A stretch of DNA of 64,000 bases. Origin: Leptogorgia sarmentosa (Eukaryota). The stretch spans positions 7,378,001-7,442,000 of the forward strand of contig OZ210885.1 of the NCBI GenBank assembly GCA_964658305.1, read 5' to 3'. Every line of letters starts with the position of its first letter. Positions within the stretch are counted from its first letter, which is position 1. Of this stretch, positions 12,401 to 26,780 are shown piece after piece. The position numbers and the translations under genes were made by a program. The notes beneath the pieces are model-generated. The model ran no database searches. It saw only the letters and a list, made by a program, of their open reading frames with translations, and was not told where the DNA came from.

Positions 12401-13722
12401 ATATTTTATGTTACCAAATAATTCTGGCCATCCTTTTCTGCAAAATTGTGCTTGGAATGGAGTGCATATAACTTGATCATCATGCTTGCATAATAAACTG
12501 ATAGTACCCGCAGAAAAACTTTTATTACCTTCTACAACGAGTATCGAATTAAGTTCGACAACATTAATGGGTATGCCAAACGAATTACATACAATTCATA
12601 TAATTATATAAGGAAAAATTGAAAAAAAATTTCAATGGCATTTCGAAAAATTCGGAAATAATTAAGTTCGAAAAGTATAAATATGCTATTCGTGAAATAA
12701 ATCAATTTCTCGATCTCTTTGAATAAAAAAAAAATCCGCCCATAGTTGACGCCCATCCCACGGAGTAACCTCAACGCAGTTATGACGCCAGCCTCCCTAA
12801 CCATACCACAGGGACTCCAATAATAGTCGATGGACTTTGACTGGGTGCATGGGAGGACGCGCACCAAGACCCAAACTTATCACGTGCGCTAGCACACGTA
12901 TAGATGGCACCTTTATCTTTCCCCAGTCACACTCTTAATGCATATTGTCTCATATTTAAGTAGATCACAACAGTCATCATTAGGGCATGTGGTACATGCT
13001 CAGGTACATGCCATATTACTGCGCATGCTTGGGTATTGAATAATGTTTACATCTTTTGAAAGGTAAAAACCTTTTCTGAGATGATAACCACAAATTAGTA
13101 GGATATCTAATCTGTGCCTGAACAGACCTGAACTCAATGTTATCACTGTTTTGAACGCTGTCGTTGTCCACAAAATTCAAAATATTGAAATTCCGGACGA
13201 CGCGACGACGTTCTCGCCCCCCCACCCCCCCCAGGTTAAAACGTGGTTAAAAGTTTTATAATACCGCTTGCCTGTGACTAACTGGAGAAAATGACACATG
13301 CAGCTTAAGCGCTGTGCAATAGTTTAGGCTAAATGACCGAAAATAAAAGTATTGTTTGGTTCAATTCCTTGTATAATTTGGCTAAAACATAGCGACAAAG
13401 CGAGCGAGATGCTAAACGTAATATTATATATAGCAGGGTTAAAATATTAAAGATCTTTCGCTTGTGCCAAATTATTGTTTGCAAGGAAATTAATGTAACA
13501 CTTACCAACAAAGTGAATTTCCTCTCTTTCTGAGTCATCACTAGAGCTGTCAAAACCTGAAACGAGCTGTTTCAATCGTCTGTCGTTAAAAGTCCTTTTC
13601 CTAGGATTTTTTACCCAGTTTTCAGCTTCAGATGAAGATTCCCCTGAAGTTTGCTCGGACACTGTTTCTTCAGCTGACGGCGAAGAATCAGTATTCGTGT
13701 GTTTTGCTAAGCCAGAACTCAT
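9466..13722 (-). pseudogene. CACTA (TNP2/Transposase_21-like) DDE transposase, multi-exon, with a frameshifting deletion near 11080
   Basis: Probable exons 13722-13506, ~12373-12065, ~11906-11388, 11302-9466; motifs DIIDGKVY, HLDGAP..SIWPI, VADLVAKA, GCCSC, FDYMH, WKASE, HSLTHL, FESML; the frame breaks between ELP and KNILLSGIW. Confidence 0.85.
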
Positions 13723-14058
13723 TTCAATAGAAATCTTGCTACTGATCAGTAGCAAGGTTTCGCAAGTAGCAAAGAGTATAATATAAAGGAAGCAGCTGTG
13801 ACATCGATACTTGAGATTGCTCTCTTGCTGCAGGGCCAAAAAACATTATCAATCACTCAAATATGCCGCCCATTGTAGTTACAACCAATAGGATTCGTGG
13901 TTTCCATGCTGGCGGATACAGCCGGTGGGCAAATTGCATGTGAGTTACCAGCTAGGAATTACTTAGAGTTTTACAGCAGCGCAGAAGCCCTCGTGTCTTA
14001 TTAGTTCGATCTTTGTATTTGGTATTATACTATTTTTTGGTGCACAACACTTTACATA

Positions 14059-17000
14059 ATGGCTGTTAGTGAACGTCTACAGAAAAAATATTTTGCGAAC
14101 AATTACCCAGGTATGTACCCAATTTACGATATCAATTTTTCAGTGATCGTTACGTTATTCCATACACGCATATGTGTCGCGCGCGAAGTGAAAATCTTAA
14201 ATAAATGGCTTGGTTTAAGTAAACGTTGACTAAGACATAAGACAGTTCTGCGCTTCACTGTTTGTGTGTATTTTTGCCGTGTTTGTGTGTACATTTGCAG
14301 GAACGCGCGAAATTGAAGGCCACGGCTCAGATCTGTATTTGATCATGTATATACTACGCCTTCTGCAGTTGACAATTTAAGTCAGTTAGATGTATCTTTC
14401 CCACACATGCAAGACTAGTGCTTATACTATTACCAATGCGTTCATGATTAGTAACTAGTCGGTAAGATAACAAACACGCGCGCACGACACGTCGTCGAAA
14501 TGAAGCGCAAATGTAAATCAAAATTTCTCATTGCTCAGAGACAAGGCACTAGGTTCGGACTAAAAATGTAGTCCGTAGAATGTAGATGAATAAATAGGTA
14601 TACGACTTCGAGGTGCTAATGTCACAGTATAAACTTTTGAAACAGAATCTGTACCAAGTCACACTCATGTCGTCATTTGGTTTCAAGATGAAGACAAATA
14701 TTCACTTACGGATATGAAAAATATAGTGGAAAAGGAGCCGAAAGAAAAATGCATGGTTACCGTCAAGACTGGTAGCGCACGGTATGTTGGTCGCGCAATG
14801 TTCATTGGTGAGTATTTGTGCATGCATGTTTGTCTGTATTTTTATTGTATAAAGGCCCGCGGTTTCCACTCGGGATAATGCATGGCGTCTGACCGGACAG
14901 GAACAAAATTGAACCCACAAATGAGTTTCTGTTATCTGCATCAGTTTGAACCTATGATCCTGCAATGAGTTCAATTTTTTTGTAAGGCGGTGTGGCTAAC
15001 AAATGATGAAAAAGCGTCCGGTCCGATTCGATGCTTGTTTCCTGAGTGGAAATCGACCTTATAATACCAAAATGATCCAATTTGTTACCGTGTACTACGT
15101 TGTTCAGCCCTGTCGCAAATTGTATGGTTACAACTTATTCAGATTTATTGCGATTGTTTGGAAATGGTCTAAATTAGCTGGAATGTACTAGTCATCATGT
15201 CTTGTTTCATTAGTTCTTAAATACACTGTAAATTATATAGCCATGCATTTCTTATTGTTAAGGTACTCATGTCCAGTGTCAAAAAAAACTGAAAAAATAC
15301 GAAGAAATGTTGGATGGTGTAGAGTCAGATGAAGGAGATTGCACGGAAAAGTCGAATGAAAAAAAATCAGGTGAAAACGCAGAACTGACGTCAAAATCAT
15401 TTTATCTTTGTATTATTCCAAATATGCCCAGAATGAGATTAAGTCGCAGTACTTGTTTTATATATAAGGACTACTTGCCCGTCAACTGAAATTCCAAATT
15501 TACGCCATTGCAAACAACCTATAGTACAACAGTTTTTTTTTAATTATATAGTCAGTCGAAAGAGAAAATTAACCGAACTGGAGTCAGATCCAGAAAATAG
15601 CGATGATGAACCGCCTACAATCACATCGCATTTGGGTAACAAATTCTATTCGTATTTCTTTTCGTAAATGTCTTAAAACAAGGATTCTAAAATAAATAAT
15701 GCATAGTGCATTTTGTTACAATCATCCAGCCTTTGGATCAACCTAAAATTATTATTTCAGCTACCTTTTCCCCCAATATTTGTAGCCGAATCGACAACAC
15801 AGCGACGCTGTTATTTTTTTCGATTCTTAATAGAGAAGGATGTTGACACAGAAACGACCCCCGTTAAAAAGTTGTTGGAAAAAAGAAGCGAGGTAAATAA
15901 AACCTGGCCTATAACTCGGCCACCCCAAGCATTTTAAAAGTCGGTGGTGTGTATATAATGTAGTGCAGTTCAAGTCAACCAGATATTTCTGATTATATTA
16001 ATTGTCACGCGGTTTGTATACACATCAGGCAGTATATTTCAAGGTTCCCACCCTAATTCGCCCAAACTTCCAGCTGCGTAAGTCATAACCATAATGTATC
16101 ATAACCATAATGTAACTGTTTAATGTAGATACCACCTGGTAGAACTGAAATGAAAGAACCCGCAAATGAATTATTCACGCAACTGTTTAAAAGGCTGGAC
16201 GGAATTCAGAGAACTTTAGACAAAATTTTGGAGAAAAGTTCGGCGGAATCGTCTCATAGTTACGTCTATTCGACCCCACCGAGCAAAAAAACAAAGAACG
16301 TTGTCGAGGATGTGGTGGTGGACAAAATATCTGGCAAGTCTTCAAGTCCAAAGGTAAAATCACTTAACTGTCAATAAAAAATTGTAATGTCCATTTATGC
16401 TCTGATGAATGTGAGCGCCAGATATCAAATACTCCATCATGTTCTTTTTCACTTGGTGTTTATACTAGGTCCAAGAAGTTGCAATTGACATTGAAGAATA
16501 TGGAAAAGATGAAGAATTTGTAAGATATCATATTTACAGTACAATACTTTAGTTATATACTAATCCTTAGACTTAGTTTAATGTCACAACATTGCGCATT
16601 TATTTTCAAAAGGTTCGCTAACAAACCAATGAAGCTTTTGATCGCTTTAAAATGCCGTATTTTTTCTTTCAGGAGGTGGGAGGAATAAACCTGTTGACAG
16701 ACGTTCCCGCTAAGTCTAAAAAGCCGAATCTCTATGCAACCCAGTTGCTCTCCATCCTATTTAAAGAGGAGGAACTGATAAATGGGTGTGTCGAACCGAG
16801 GGATTCAAAAGGGAAGAAAAAAGTCCTGAGCCAGGAAAAAATAAATTTAATAAAGAGTAAGTTTTTGCAGTTTTGCTTTGGTTTTGCAGTCATTACTTAA
16901 ACAGACATTAACCAAAAAGCAGAGTGTTATACAAAAAGTTAACATCAGCACCTGTGTAACATTTTTGATGTTTTTAAAACGTATTAATCTTTATGAGGTA

Positions 17001-17217
17001 CAAGCCAAACTGCAAAAATAAAAACTGAATTTATTTTTTCATAGAGTGTTTGAGTATTAAATACGGAGACAAAATTCAGAGGAATTGGTCGGAAATACGC
17101 CAGAGCCTCAACCAAAAGTGTTTGGACAAAAAAAAGCAACATTTAAAGAGAAGTCAATGTCAATTAGACTTCAAGAAAAAAGAAGATACGGATGATGGTG
17201 ATGAGAACGATGAGTGA
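14059..17217 (+). CDS. CACTA accessory protein with C-terminal BEN-like domain (multi-exon)
   Basis: Phase-compatible GT-AG exons ~14059-14110, 14646-14807, 15263-15370, 15552-15635, 15834-15893, 16129-16353, 16469-16519, 16673-16856, 17045-17217; C-terminus YATQLLSILFKEEEL...LSQEKINLIK..W.EIRQSLNQKC fits a BEN domain. Confidence 0.72.
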
Positions 17218-17339
17218 GAGTTAAAAACAATATATATAATTATTATTGTACAGTATAACTTGTTAAACAGCCATATATTAATACATTATTCAAATCAACA
17301 TGAAAGCTTGTGTGTTGTGCCATTTTTCTTTCAGATTTT

Positions 17340-17890
17340 TAAGATCTTGCAATCAAAACATTTAAGATTTTATGCAAGATCTAAATACGATCCTTGTTAG
17401 GATCCTTTAAGATTACTATAAGATCTTATTAGGATCTTTCAGGATTATTATAAGATCTTATTAGGATCTTTCAGGATTATTATAAGATCTTATTAGGATC
17501 TTTCAAGATTATTATAAGATCTTATTAAGATCATTTAAGATTACAATAAGATCTTATTAAGACCATTAAGACGTATATAAGATCTTATTAAAAGCCATTG
17601 ATATTTATAAGATCTTATTAAGATCCTTTAAGATTTATCCAAGATCTTATCAGGATCTTTTAAGATCCTAATTATGATCTTATTAAGATCCTATTAAGAT
17701 CTTATTGTAGGATCCTATAAGATCTTGTAAGATCTTGTAAGATCCTACAGGATCTTAAATAAGATCTTACAAGATCTTACAGGATCCTGTAAGATCTTAT
17801 AGGATCCTATATTAAGATCTTAACAGGATCTTACTAAGATCTTACTCAAGATCTTAGTAAGATCTTACTTAAGATCTTAATTAAGATTTC
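17340..17890. repeat. Right subterminal repeat array of the CACTA element
   Basis: Tandem ATAAGATCTTATTAGGATCTTTCAGGATT-like units and TAAGATCTT palindromes. Confidence 0.88.
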
Positions 17891-18388
17891 TACCAGGGCT
17901 GTTTAATGAGAAGGTGAATTTTGATAGACTTCTATCAGCCAACGTAATTGCTGATATTATTTCACTAATATTAAATCATGATTGTAACCTTGTCATATGA
18001 AATGCAGCTATAAATATTTGTAAGCAAATCTTGCTTAGTAAGCCATATTCTCCTCGTGAGCAATTTCTATTAGCATTAGTAATATCAGTATTGAACAATT
18101 CCGTGTTAACAGAGCGAAAACTTTTAGGTTTTGGTGGAGTTTTCAGCAAATAAATTCTGATAGGGATATAAACTCGCTTGAAATGGCAATCAATACAATC
18201 ATGTATGGCAAAATATAAACGTACAGCATGAAGATTTAGCTTCCGGCTTTGGTCTTTTGCAGTTCGTTCATTATTTCGAGCATATTATACCTATTTGTAA
18301 CCTTATTACGGTTGAATATATTTGTTCCGTCATTTGTGTCGTTCATGTCTAACGTATTTTCCTTTCAACGGGTATATTGCTTTCCTAA

Positions 18389-18530
18389 GGCCTGTTTCAG
18401 ACGTCGAACTTTAGTCGCGTCGAATGCAATTAAAACAATAGATAATGAGATAACTTGCCTCATTATCAGCTCATTATCCTTTGTCCAAATTGCATTCGAC
18501 GCGACTAAAGTTCGACGTTTGAAACAGGCG
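18389..18530. mobile_element. Harbinger-type fold-back MITE present only in arm A
   Basis: TIR GGCCTGTTTCAGACGTCGAACTTTAGTCGCGTCGAATGCAATT; flanks TAA/TCA; empty TAA site in arm B near 42892. Confidence 0.85.
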
Positions 18531-19285
18531 TCACACACGGCATCTTCGCAGCTCTGTGACGGGAAATCCTACGGGAATTTCTTTGGTTTACTAGACATTT
18601 AAATCAAACTCACCTCGTTTCTCAGTTATTCCCTGTACCGCTTTCAATTACTCGTCAATGTAGTATGATTGCGATTATATTGACAGAGAACGAAATACAT
18701 GAAACTCACTGCTACAATAAAGCACAGAGTGGCTAAAATATTAAAACTCTGAGTGTAATCAGAACATGGCTTGAGAAAAGGGGAAATCCCTTTCAATTTC
18801 CGGCAGATTAAAATTCAGCCTGCGAGAACTTGAGAATGCCTTGGAAAATAGTTTTAAATTCCTTGAATTTTCCTTTAGTTTCTATCAATATGTCACTTCG
18901 ATTTCTCTATCGTGCTACCATCAGACGTGAAAGTCAAACATATTTTATAACTATATTGTATACAAAGAGAAAATGACGGTAACACATCTATCTAAGGCTT
19001 AAAATGTCGCTAAATCATAAAATGTCCCCAGTGCCAGTGGATCGATTTTCGCCCTACTTGTCCGTCAAATGAAACTCCAAATTTACGCCATTTGAACAAC
19101 CAATTGTACTATATTGTGTTGTCTTTAAGGCAAACACTTCTGTTCCCGAATATAATCTCCTTTGAGTTTCAAAACGAAAGCGGAATTAATCTTTAGGCTA
19201 TGACATGGCAGATTCCTCGCTGTTGACCATGATATCTATTTCTACTACATAAGTATACGCCTCCCATAATTATCAATTGCATTGA

Positions 19286-19486
19286 GGAGAGCACTTAATA
19301 ACATGTCAGGCTACCTTGACGCCCGGGTGTTCCTCGGTAATTATCTTCGGAATAATATTTAATTTGAATATTTTAATACTCAATGCATTAGGTAATGTCG
19401 AGGGTGATCGGGGGACGATCGCCGCACGTTCCGAACAGTTTACGAACCCCGAGGTAGCCTGACCCTATGTTATTAAGTGCTGTCCT
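19286..19486. mobile_element. MITE shared by both arms (other copy ~41680-41884)
   Basis: TIR AGGA(G/C)AGCACTTAATAACAT..GTCAGGCTACC; TSD unclear. Confidence 0.6.
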
Positions 19487-22400
19487 TGCAGTTAAATGGT
19501 TCATTTCAAAACATTTTTGGACATAGCTAATAAAAAATAGGTACACAACGCTACATGTACTGCGCCCAGCTTACTTAGTTATAAAATTATATATGGCAAA
19601 TTGCGCAAATACCGATTCATAAAACTTGAGGTTGTCCTAGTTACAGTTTTTCAGTACATGATATAAGTTTCGTGACTACCTCGCATTCTAGAATTCGCGC
19701 GACCATATCAAATTGCATAAGACTCGAAACATGACGACATATGATAACACATTAATTTTTATGTTATTGCGTCTGTACAATAGCGACAGCGCTTTGCGAT
19801 TGTTTGTGAAAAATGTGGCTTTCCACGGACCTAGTTTACCTTTTGTATGTACTTAAAACCATATTATATACACAATATTCTGTTCATTCACGCAACATTG
19901 GTGTAGAAGACGGTAATATATATGATCCGTATACGCGTAGATACAAAACAGGATACTTTAGACTATATAAGATTTCCTTTGTTTTGTTTCACGCTCATCT
20001 AAATTGCACAAACTCGTTTTATTACAAAATACAAAATACAAGGTATTCTCCTGATTTCCTGGTGTTGAATGTTTCAACAATTCTGTATGACGAGGCGTCA
20101 AAACATTTGCATATATTGCATGATCACTGTGACACTGCCGACAGTCCAAGCATGTACAAATATGTCAATGCCGACACGCTCAAAGTATCGTAGGCATGAG
20201 GTTACACGTTGTGTGAGGATTTTAGTTGCAACTTATATTTATAATATTCAAGACGTATTAGATTTCAATAAATATATGCAATTAGAACGCATCCCTGTCT
20301 TGTCGTGTCCCAGCTATAAAATCATGTAAATGCATAATATCACCTCATTACTACCCTCATTACAATCTCTAAATTTTTATCCTAACTACACCTGTCTACA
20401 GCATACAACTTAAACTTCATCTGATATACCAGAATATGATTTTTAATTTCTGCACATTCACTGCGGATCAGTATAGATAGTATCGTGCAAAATATAACGC
20501 GAAACCTGCTCAGCATAAACAATTTTGTGTGGCATTCTTGATCGGTAATCCCTTCGATTTGTAAGCGTGGATTATACAGTCTTCCTATATTCTTGTTAGC
20601 ATATTATAACCCAGCAAAAAATTGAGGAAGCTACAGCCCACTCTGGGCCATGGGCTCTGCTGCGCTTGTAGAAAATAGTTCCAATTTCTCGAATGATATT
20701 TTTAAAGACTTTGTATTCTAGTACCCTACATTGCAAAGGCATAGGAAAATATCCGCGAGTACACGCAGTCTGCATTCCGCAGTAATCGCATTGGCCGAGT
20801 CAAGCTAGGAAGGTTACATTTCGATCGAAATATTTTTAATACAGCAAATATCGTTTTATGTCATAACGTACAGTCTTTACCGTGTAAAAGTACGAAACAT
20901 AAAAGCGTAAAGATTTTTGTTCCATAACAATGATCTTCTAAGAATTTAATTGAGAAGAAGAACGCGTGGTGAACCCATGAGTAAACACACTGAATTGCAA
21001 TCCATCTTGATAGGTCGTATTAATTATTATTCACATTTTCTGATGCCATACAATTTTATTTGTCAAATGGAAACCACTTTCTTGTTTACTCATCCTAACT
21101 TAATGTGAAACAAATTTCATACGCAGATCTTGATCAACGTATTTTTCAAGTTAAATCCTCACTACAATATCACTTGAGTGGCAAGCTAAAACATTACATC
21201 TGGCAAATATCTGTCTCAACGCGTCTTTGCGCACAATACCTAATCTCAATGGCTTTGAAGGTCAAGTATGCTTGATATTATTGTAGCTACGATCTTTTGA
21301 TCAGTGATGTGAGATAAAGCAAAAGAGAAAAACGATGTATTAAATGTTTTGGTGATTGTAATAAATGTAGTGGTGTCCAAAAGAATGAGGCCGTAGGTGT
21401 TATGGAAAATTCGCATTGGGAACATTTCTTTGAAGCCGCGACACACATGAAATGAAATAATGATATTTGATACGAATTGTGTTTATAATGTGCTAGACTG
21501 ACACAGCGAGCTAGCAACCGAAATGTTTTCAATTGCATGAAGCGCATAAAACGTCTTTAAGGCAACATGAATGCTCACTCCAATAGCTGCATTTAGGGAT
21601 GGAAAATAACCACTCATTCAATGTCGTCTCTATCAATCACGTTATTCATTTATAAGTGGAACTGCTAAATCTTCTAGTCCGACTCATTTCCTAAGCCTAA
21701 CCTCGACCTCCATAAGTCCATAAAGTTCCGCGTTTTTGTATCGCAGCTTTTCCAAGCCTGATTTACGCCTTTTTTGTGGATATTATATTAATTTATAAAA
21801 TTTACTGTCATTTCTCAGTAATTTCTTAGTACACACCCCACTTCGTTAATTCTTGAGATAGTAACTTCGAAGCCAAAAAATATACTAGTGTAGTATGCTA
21901 CTCAAGTTCAGTGACCTGGTCTAGCAGAAACATTATCTGTATGTATATTAACTATAACTCTGTGTATAGTAAATCTCAGTATGAGTCTATAAATCAGGAT
22001 CAAGACCTTTCGGTGATTTCAACGAACAAAGGCAACTGATACTTGTAGGTGAATCAGCAGATATCTCACATCATAACAGTGAGAATATTTCAGCGCATAT
22101 TATGAAATTTCACACTAATAATCAGTCATTATAGCTATAAGTGCATTATATAGGAGCGATATGTAAAAATTATGTTAGGTTAACCTTTTCAGTTTTAAAA
22201 CCTACAATATTTTTGCAAATACTTCCAAATCATTCTGAGTCATGTCTCGTATTGCATATTTCAATAAATATGAGTAGACCTTGTCTGTGCTTTTGCCTTG
22301 TCTTATGGTTATGCAAGCTATAACAATAACATGTGTAGGTATAGCATTATATAACACGCTGAAACGGGAAAATATTCAATTCGAATCCATACATTTATCC

Positions 22401-25400
22401 ATCTTAGAATAATTCACATTTCTCGTATTGTATAGCATATTTTAAGATCATTTTGCACCACATTCCAAAGGCATTTGCGAGTGTACACAGTCTGCATTCC
22501 ACAATAATCGCGTTGGCCAATTGACACTAGAAATATTATGTTTCTTACCTTTAATTATTTGAGTATGTCTATCGCAACATTTTGAATAAATCTTTTCTTG
22601 TGCTATATCGTACGGTCTTTACGTTCAAGTACCAAACATAAAAGTGTAAAGACTTCTGTTCCCATACCAAGACTTCATTTAGTTTCAAAACGAAAGCGGA
22701 AATAAATCATTAGGCCGTATACGAAAAATCTTGCTGACGTGCTCACTCTTGTTGCTGCATTCCCGGAAGTTGGATATCAGTCATTCTTGAGATACGCGTA
22801 AAATATGGAAAAGAACAGCGAGCCATGGGAAAAGAGTTGAAAGAAAAGCCAAGATTGAAGGCATCATACATTAAATGTCTGTAGTCTGTACGGTATTGAA
22901 GTTCAAGATCGCACTGCTCTTTTGAGTCAGGTAATTATAGAACTTATTCAGCTGGGTTTTTTTTATTATAAAGATATGTAATTGGACCTCTACATGGCGT
23001 TTTTGGTGGTTAATCCTGTGGTACTCGCAGGGTCTATAGGGACCGTTCATTGTTGAACTGATAATCAAAGAGTGCTATATTGGACTTTCCTTTGAATGAT
23101 GTTTTAGGTATTTAGATCTGGTTTTATAGGTATGATCATGTATTGTGGGTATTAGGTTTTAGTTCTTTTTTTTATTTAGTCTGTCTAGGTGTTTAAAATG
23201 TCCAGCTAGTCCGTGTTGTAGTGTGTCGCCGTATGTTATAAATGACCAAAACACGATATCCGCGCAGGGCCTATATTATAAGACCGTCCTGCGAGGTGTT
23301 TTTTAGGAAGACACGCATATAACACAGATACACACATATACATATAAGTTTATACATTCCACGTGCACGCAATTAAAAAAGTGAAAAATAAATTCTACAA
23401 TTAATGTAGTGAATTAAAAACTGTAAAAGGTGAGAGAAAGGCATTGTGGATATGGTTGTAGGATGGTATCGTGGTATGGTTGTGGTATTTATTAATACCG
23501 GGGAAAAGATGAAACGAACCTTCTGTTCAGGCAATTCCTGTAGTAGCTACCTTCAGAGGAGTATGGCTGGTGAACAAGACAAGGAGTTACAATTAGTTGT
23601 ATAACCGAACACATTTGTAACAGACCAGGGCACTTAGGGCATTGTGAATATATGTAGCTACGGATCCATTGGGGTGACAAGGATCATATGTGACGATTTC
23701 ATTACTTTAATAAACTGTAACATTTTACATATATCGATGTTAAAATCGGTGAAACAAAAATCTCAGCGACATTGTTCAACTTGTCAACAACACACGAGGC
23801 ATAAAAATAGATACGTCAAAAGTTCGAACTGGAATGCATTACGCAATATCAATTCAATTCATTCGTTGACTGTTGTTGAGATAAATACTATGATGAAACA
23901 AGTTAAAGATGTATCAAATTTTATTAATATCTCCCAGACACGCAATATAGCTTTTGAGGAAAATGTCCGCAACTATTTTCAAAGGGAAAGTCAGAAGAAA
24001 CGGCTCGTAGATGTTTGTCGGACTAGACGGGTGGTCAGGGTGGAGCGTATATTGCTGGTTTGGATACATTTATTGAGCTATTTGTCCGTTATCAATTTAG
24101 CTTTACAACTCAAATTTAACACCGACAGCCTTAAGGGTTGGGTGGACTAAGATGATGACTTTGAGAGAGAAAGGGCTAGACATCCAATAATTGTTTAGTA
24201 CAGCTCGCATATCGTTTTACCGACATCGACATATATAAATTTCAATAAAAGTTAAAATTTATTAAAATTCAATTGAAAATTCAATTCAATAAATGATGGT
24301 TTTGAAAATCTGTATTTCGCGAAAATTAATGCCCTTTTTCCATTTTTGGTCATCGAAGTCGCGAAAATAAACTCTCGCTAAATATGGGTTTGACAAAATC
24401 GCGAAATTAAGTACGCGCGAAATTAAGTACGAATAAGGTAGTTTCTTGATAGCAGTGCATGGTAATGCAAGATTTTAAAGTAATAAATTCCTCTGTACGT
24501 CATGGAATATATGCTCTAAAAATATATTTCTAGGTTTCGCTGAAATATAATCAACCATCTGAAGGGAAACTGATTGAAAATGTCATTTTCATTTTAGTTG
24601 TCTTTCAAGCCAGGAAATGATAACAACAGAAGGAGCAGTTACATACTTCCAAGTGTCAACATATGACTGGTCATTCGATGATGGTCCGTTTGGCGAGATT
24701 GTTGGCATAAGCGATGCAAAGGAATGGGTAAAAAATGCAATGAGATCTTGCACCACATTCGTGAAAAGACCCAGGATGAATCGATTTATCCAAGACACCC
24801 TTGTTGGTTTGCCCAAAACTGACCACTGGCAAGGTTGCCTGAAAAGTAGGGTGGTGTGTTCCAACTATAATAATTGTTAAAGTTTATTTCAAACAAAACC
24901 ATTCTTGGCTTTGTGTTCCAACTTCAAACTATGCCTGGTGACAGCTACCTACAATCTTGCTTGGGGGGGGGGGGTTACATCATTTTTATCCAAGATTGTC
25001 TTAAGACTCAGATTTAATTTCTCTTACCATCAATTCATATAAATCAAATGTACATTATTCTCAAGCACTTAGTAGTGATAATAACACATTATTATTTTAT
25101 ATTATGATTATGTATAACAACATATCATCAATGAATAAGCAAATGCAAATTGTTATCGAAAAAAGGGACAATTAAAGACTGAAGTGAAGTACTGATTTAG
25201 TTGCTATAAATAACTTAAATTGGAAGAATATGTGGTATATTACACTGTAGGTGTATTATCTATGCATCAGTATTCTTACTGTATAAATCAAATTTTTGTC
25301 AACTAAAAAATAGTGTTATGGAGAGTATTGTTTGATATTACTGTAGGGGTTGCTACAACAATTGTAGCATGTTTTAAATATGATAAATATCTACGTCAAA

Positions 25401-26190
25401 AGATTTATTTATCACTGATAAATGTGTTATTATATTGTTAACCTATTGCATAATATATGCATGCAGCTTAAAGACTAATAAAAGTCCAAGAACAAAGAAA
25501 AATTTAATTTCCAGTGTAACTTACATGTTATAATTAAACCAATAACATAAAGCCATGTTACTAGTTTAACTCTTGCATGAAGGTCAATTACCCCAATTCG
25601 TATATTATTTTTGTTTTTCTTCCTTTTTTACATGTTATATTAGAAAATAACCCTAAAAATCATTTCTAATTTTTCATATAATAGCAAGATTATTAGTATT
25701 AAGGTCGTTGTTCATTGTTCAAAACGTTTATCAGTGGAAAAGGCATTACCCTATACTGAGCACATTGGATGGGGCATACTTTAATACAAATTGATATAGA
25801 TGAATGTGTTGTGTGAATTGTCATATTTACGTTAACAAATCTGCGGGGAAATTCAGGAAATAACATTCAGCTTTTTTGTTACTTCCACTGGAAACTGATG
25901 ATGTTGTTTGTAGCGTTAAAATAGTCAAAGGAGGGTTCAATATTGGAGTTTGCTAAGGCGAAAAGTTAATTTCTATTGCTTTGCTCTCAAAAATGTTTAC
26001 TCGGCGACCCACGCCCCTGCCCAAGTAGAGAGTACCTAGTGCACTATCATGTAATAAATAGACGAAGGGGGAATGCCTGCAGGAATCGCTTTCATGTAAT
26101 TTTCTACGCTAGCTCTATTTTCATGTAATACATCACTCTACACCTCCAATAACCAAAGCTTCGATACGTCCCGGTGTATAACCCCTATTA

Positions 26191-26527
26191 TAGTATACAC
26201 CCAACCATCGTCTATTACAAATGCTACATTCTGATTGGCTACTCAGCCGTCGTCTATTCTGTGATAGACCACGGTTCGCGAAAAAGCAAAGGAAAACAAT
26301 ATGGCTACTGCCGAAAACTCGCGTTTTCCTGAGGTTTCTGAAGAATTTTCTTGATACAAATAATTCTGGGTGTATACTAGAAACATGCGAGTTATTATAC
26401 ATTTAGTGTATACTAAAACAATTAGACAACTCGGCCTCGTTGTCTATCAGCGAATAGTCAACTCGGACTTCGTCCTCGTTGACTATTCGCTCATAGACAA
26501 CTTAACCTCGTTGTCTAATTGTTAAAT
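26191..26527. repeat. Hairpin-ended interspersed repeat (inverted copy at 54212-54480)
   Basis: Shared TAGTATACACCCAACCATCGTCTATTACAAATGC...; terminal palindrome AACAATTAGACAAC...GTTGTCTAATTGTT. Confidence 0.8.
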
Positions 26528-26780
26528 AGACAGCTTTAACAAACACAACGCGACTTCAAAGAGGACGTGGAAATGGCGTGAGCACAACCATAAATGGCTG
26601 ATTAGTAAAACTAAATACAACAGTATTAGAAGTTCGCTGATGTTTAGATAAAAAAACGGTAAAAAGTCTAGGTCTAGACGATTTGACGATTCCAGTCAAG
26701 ACGAATTAGTGGGGGAAAAAACCCTTGCTCGAAACGTCGCAGCTGTTCGTTAAATTTAGTTGCTGAGTGTAATGATATAT

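Larger units (their letters stand above)
7868..17898. mobile_element. CACTA/EnSpm DNA transposon with CCC...GGG termini (~10 kb)
   Basis: TIR CCCTGGTAGAAATCTTAAT / ATTAAGATTTCTACCAGGG; subterminal AGATCT/GGATCC arrays at both ends; CACTA-type transposase plus a second gene; no TSD (AA vs CT). Confidence 0.92.
17899..22319 (+). repeat. Arm A of the large inverted duplication (partner 34170-35245 plus 39596-43380)
   Basis: Near-identical reverse complement; mirrored spurious ORFs 19813/40964, 20069/40828, 21287/34977, 22141/34166. Confidence 0.93.

Noticed and set aside
14301..14380. Candidate extra exon of the BEN gene
   Set aside because: Stops in all three frames before the next donor; the flanking exons join in phase without it
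19813..22323. Pairs of near-identical ORFs (e.g. 19813 with 40964, 22141 with 34166) suggesting conserved small genes
   Set aside because: Explained by the recent inverted duplication; no motifs or splice structure
23644..24150. 168-aa ORF
   Set aside because: Non-ATG start, no domain signature, composition consistent with chance
24534..24880. 87-aa ORF with protein-like composition and nearby AG acceptors
   Set aside because: No recognisable motif and no partner exons; may be a decayed exon or TE remnant, but I cannot support a call
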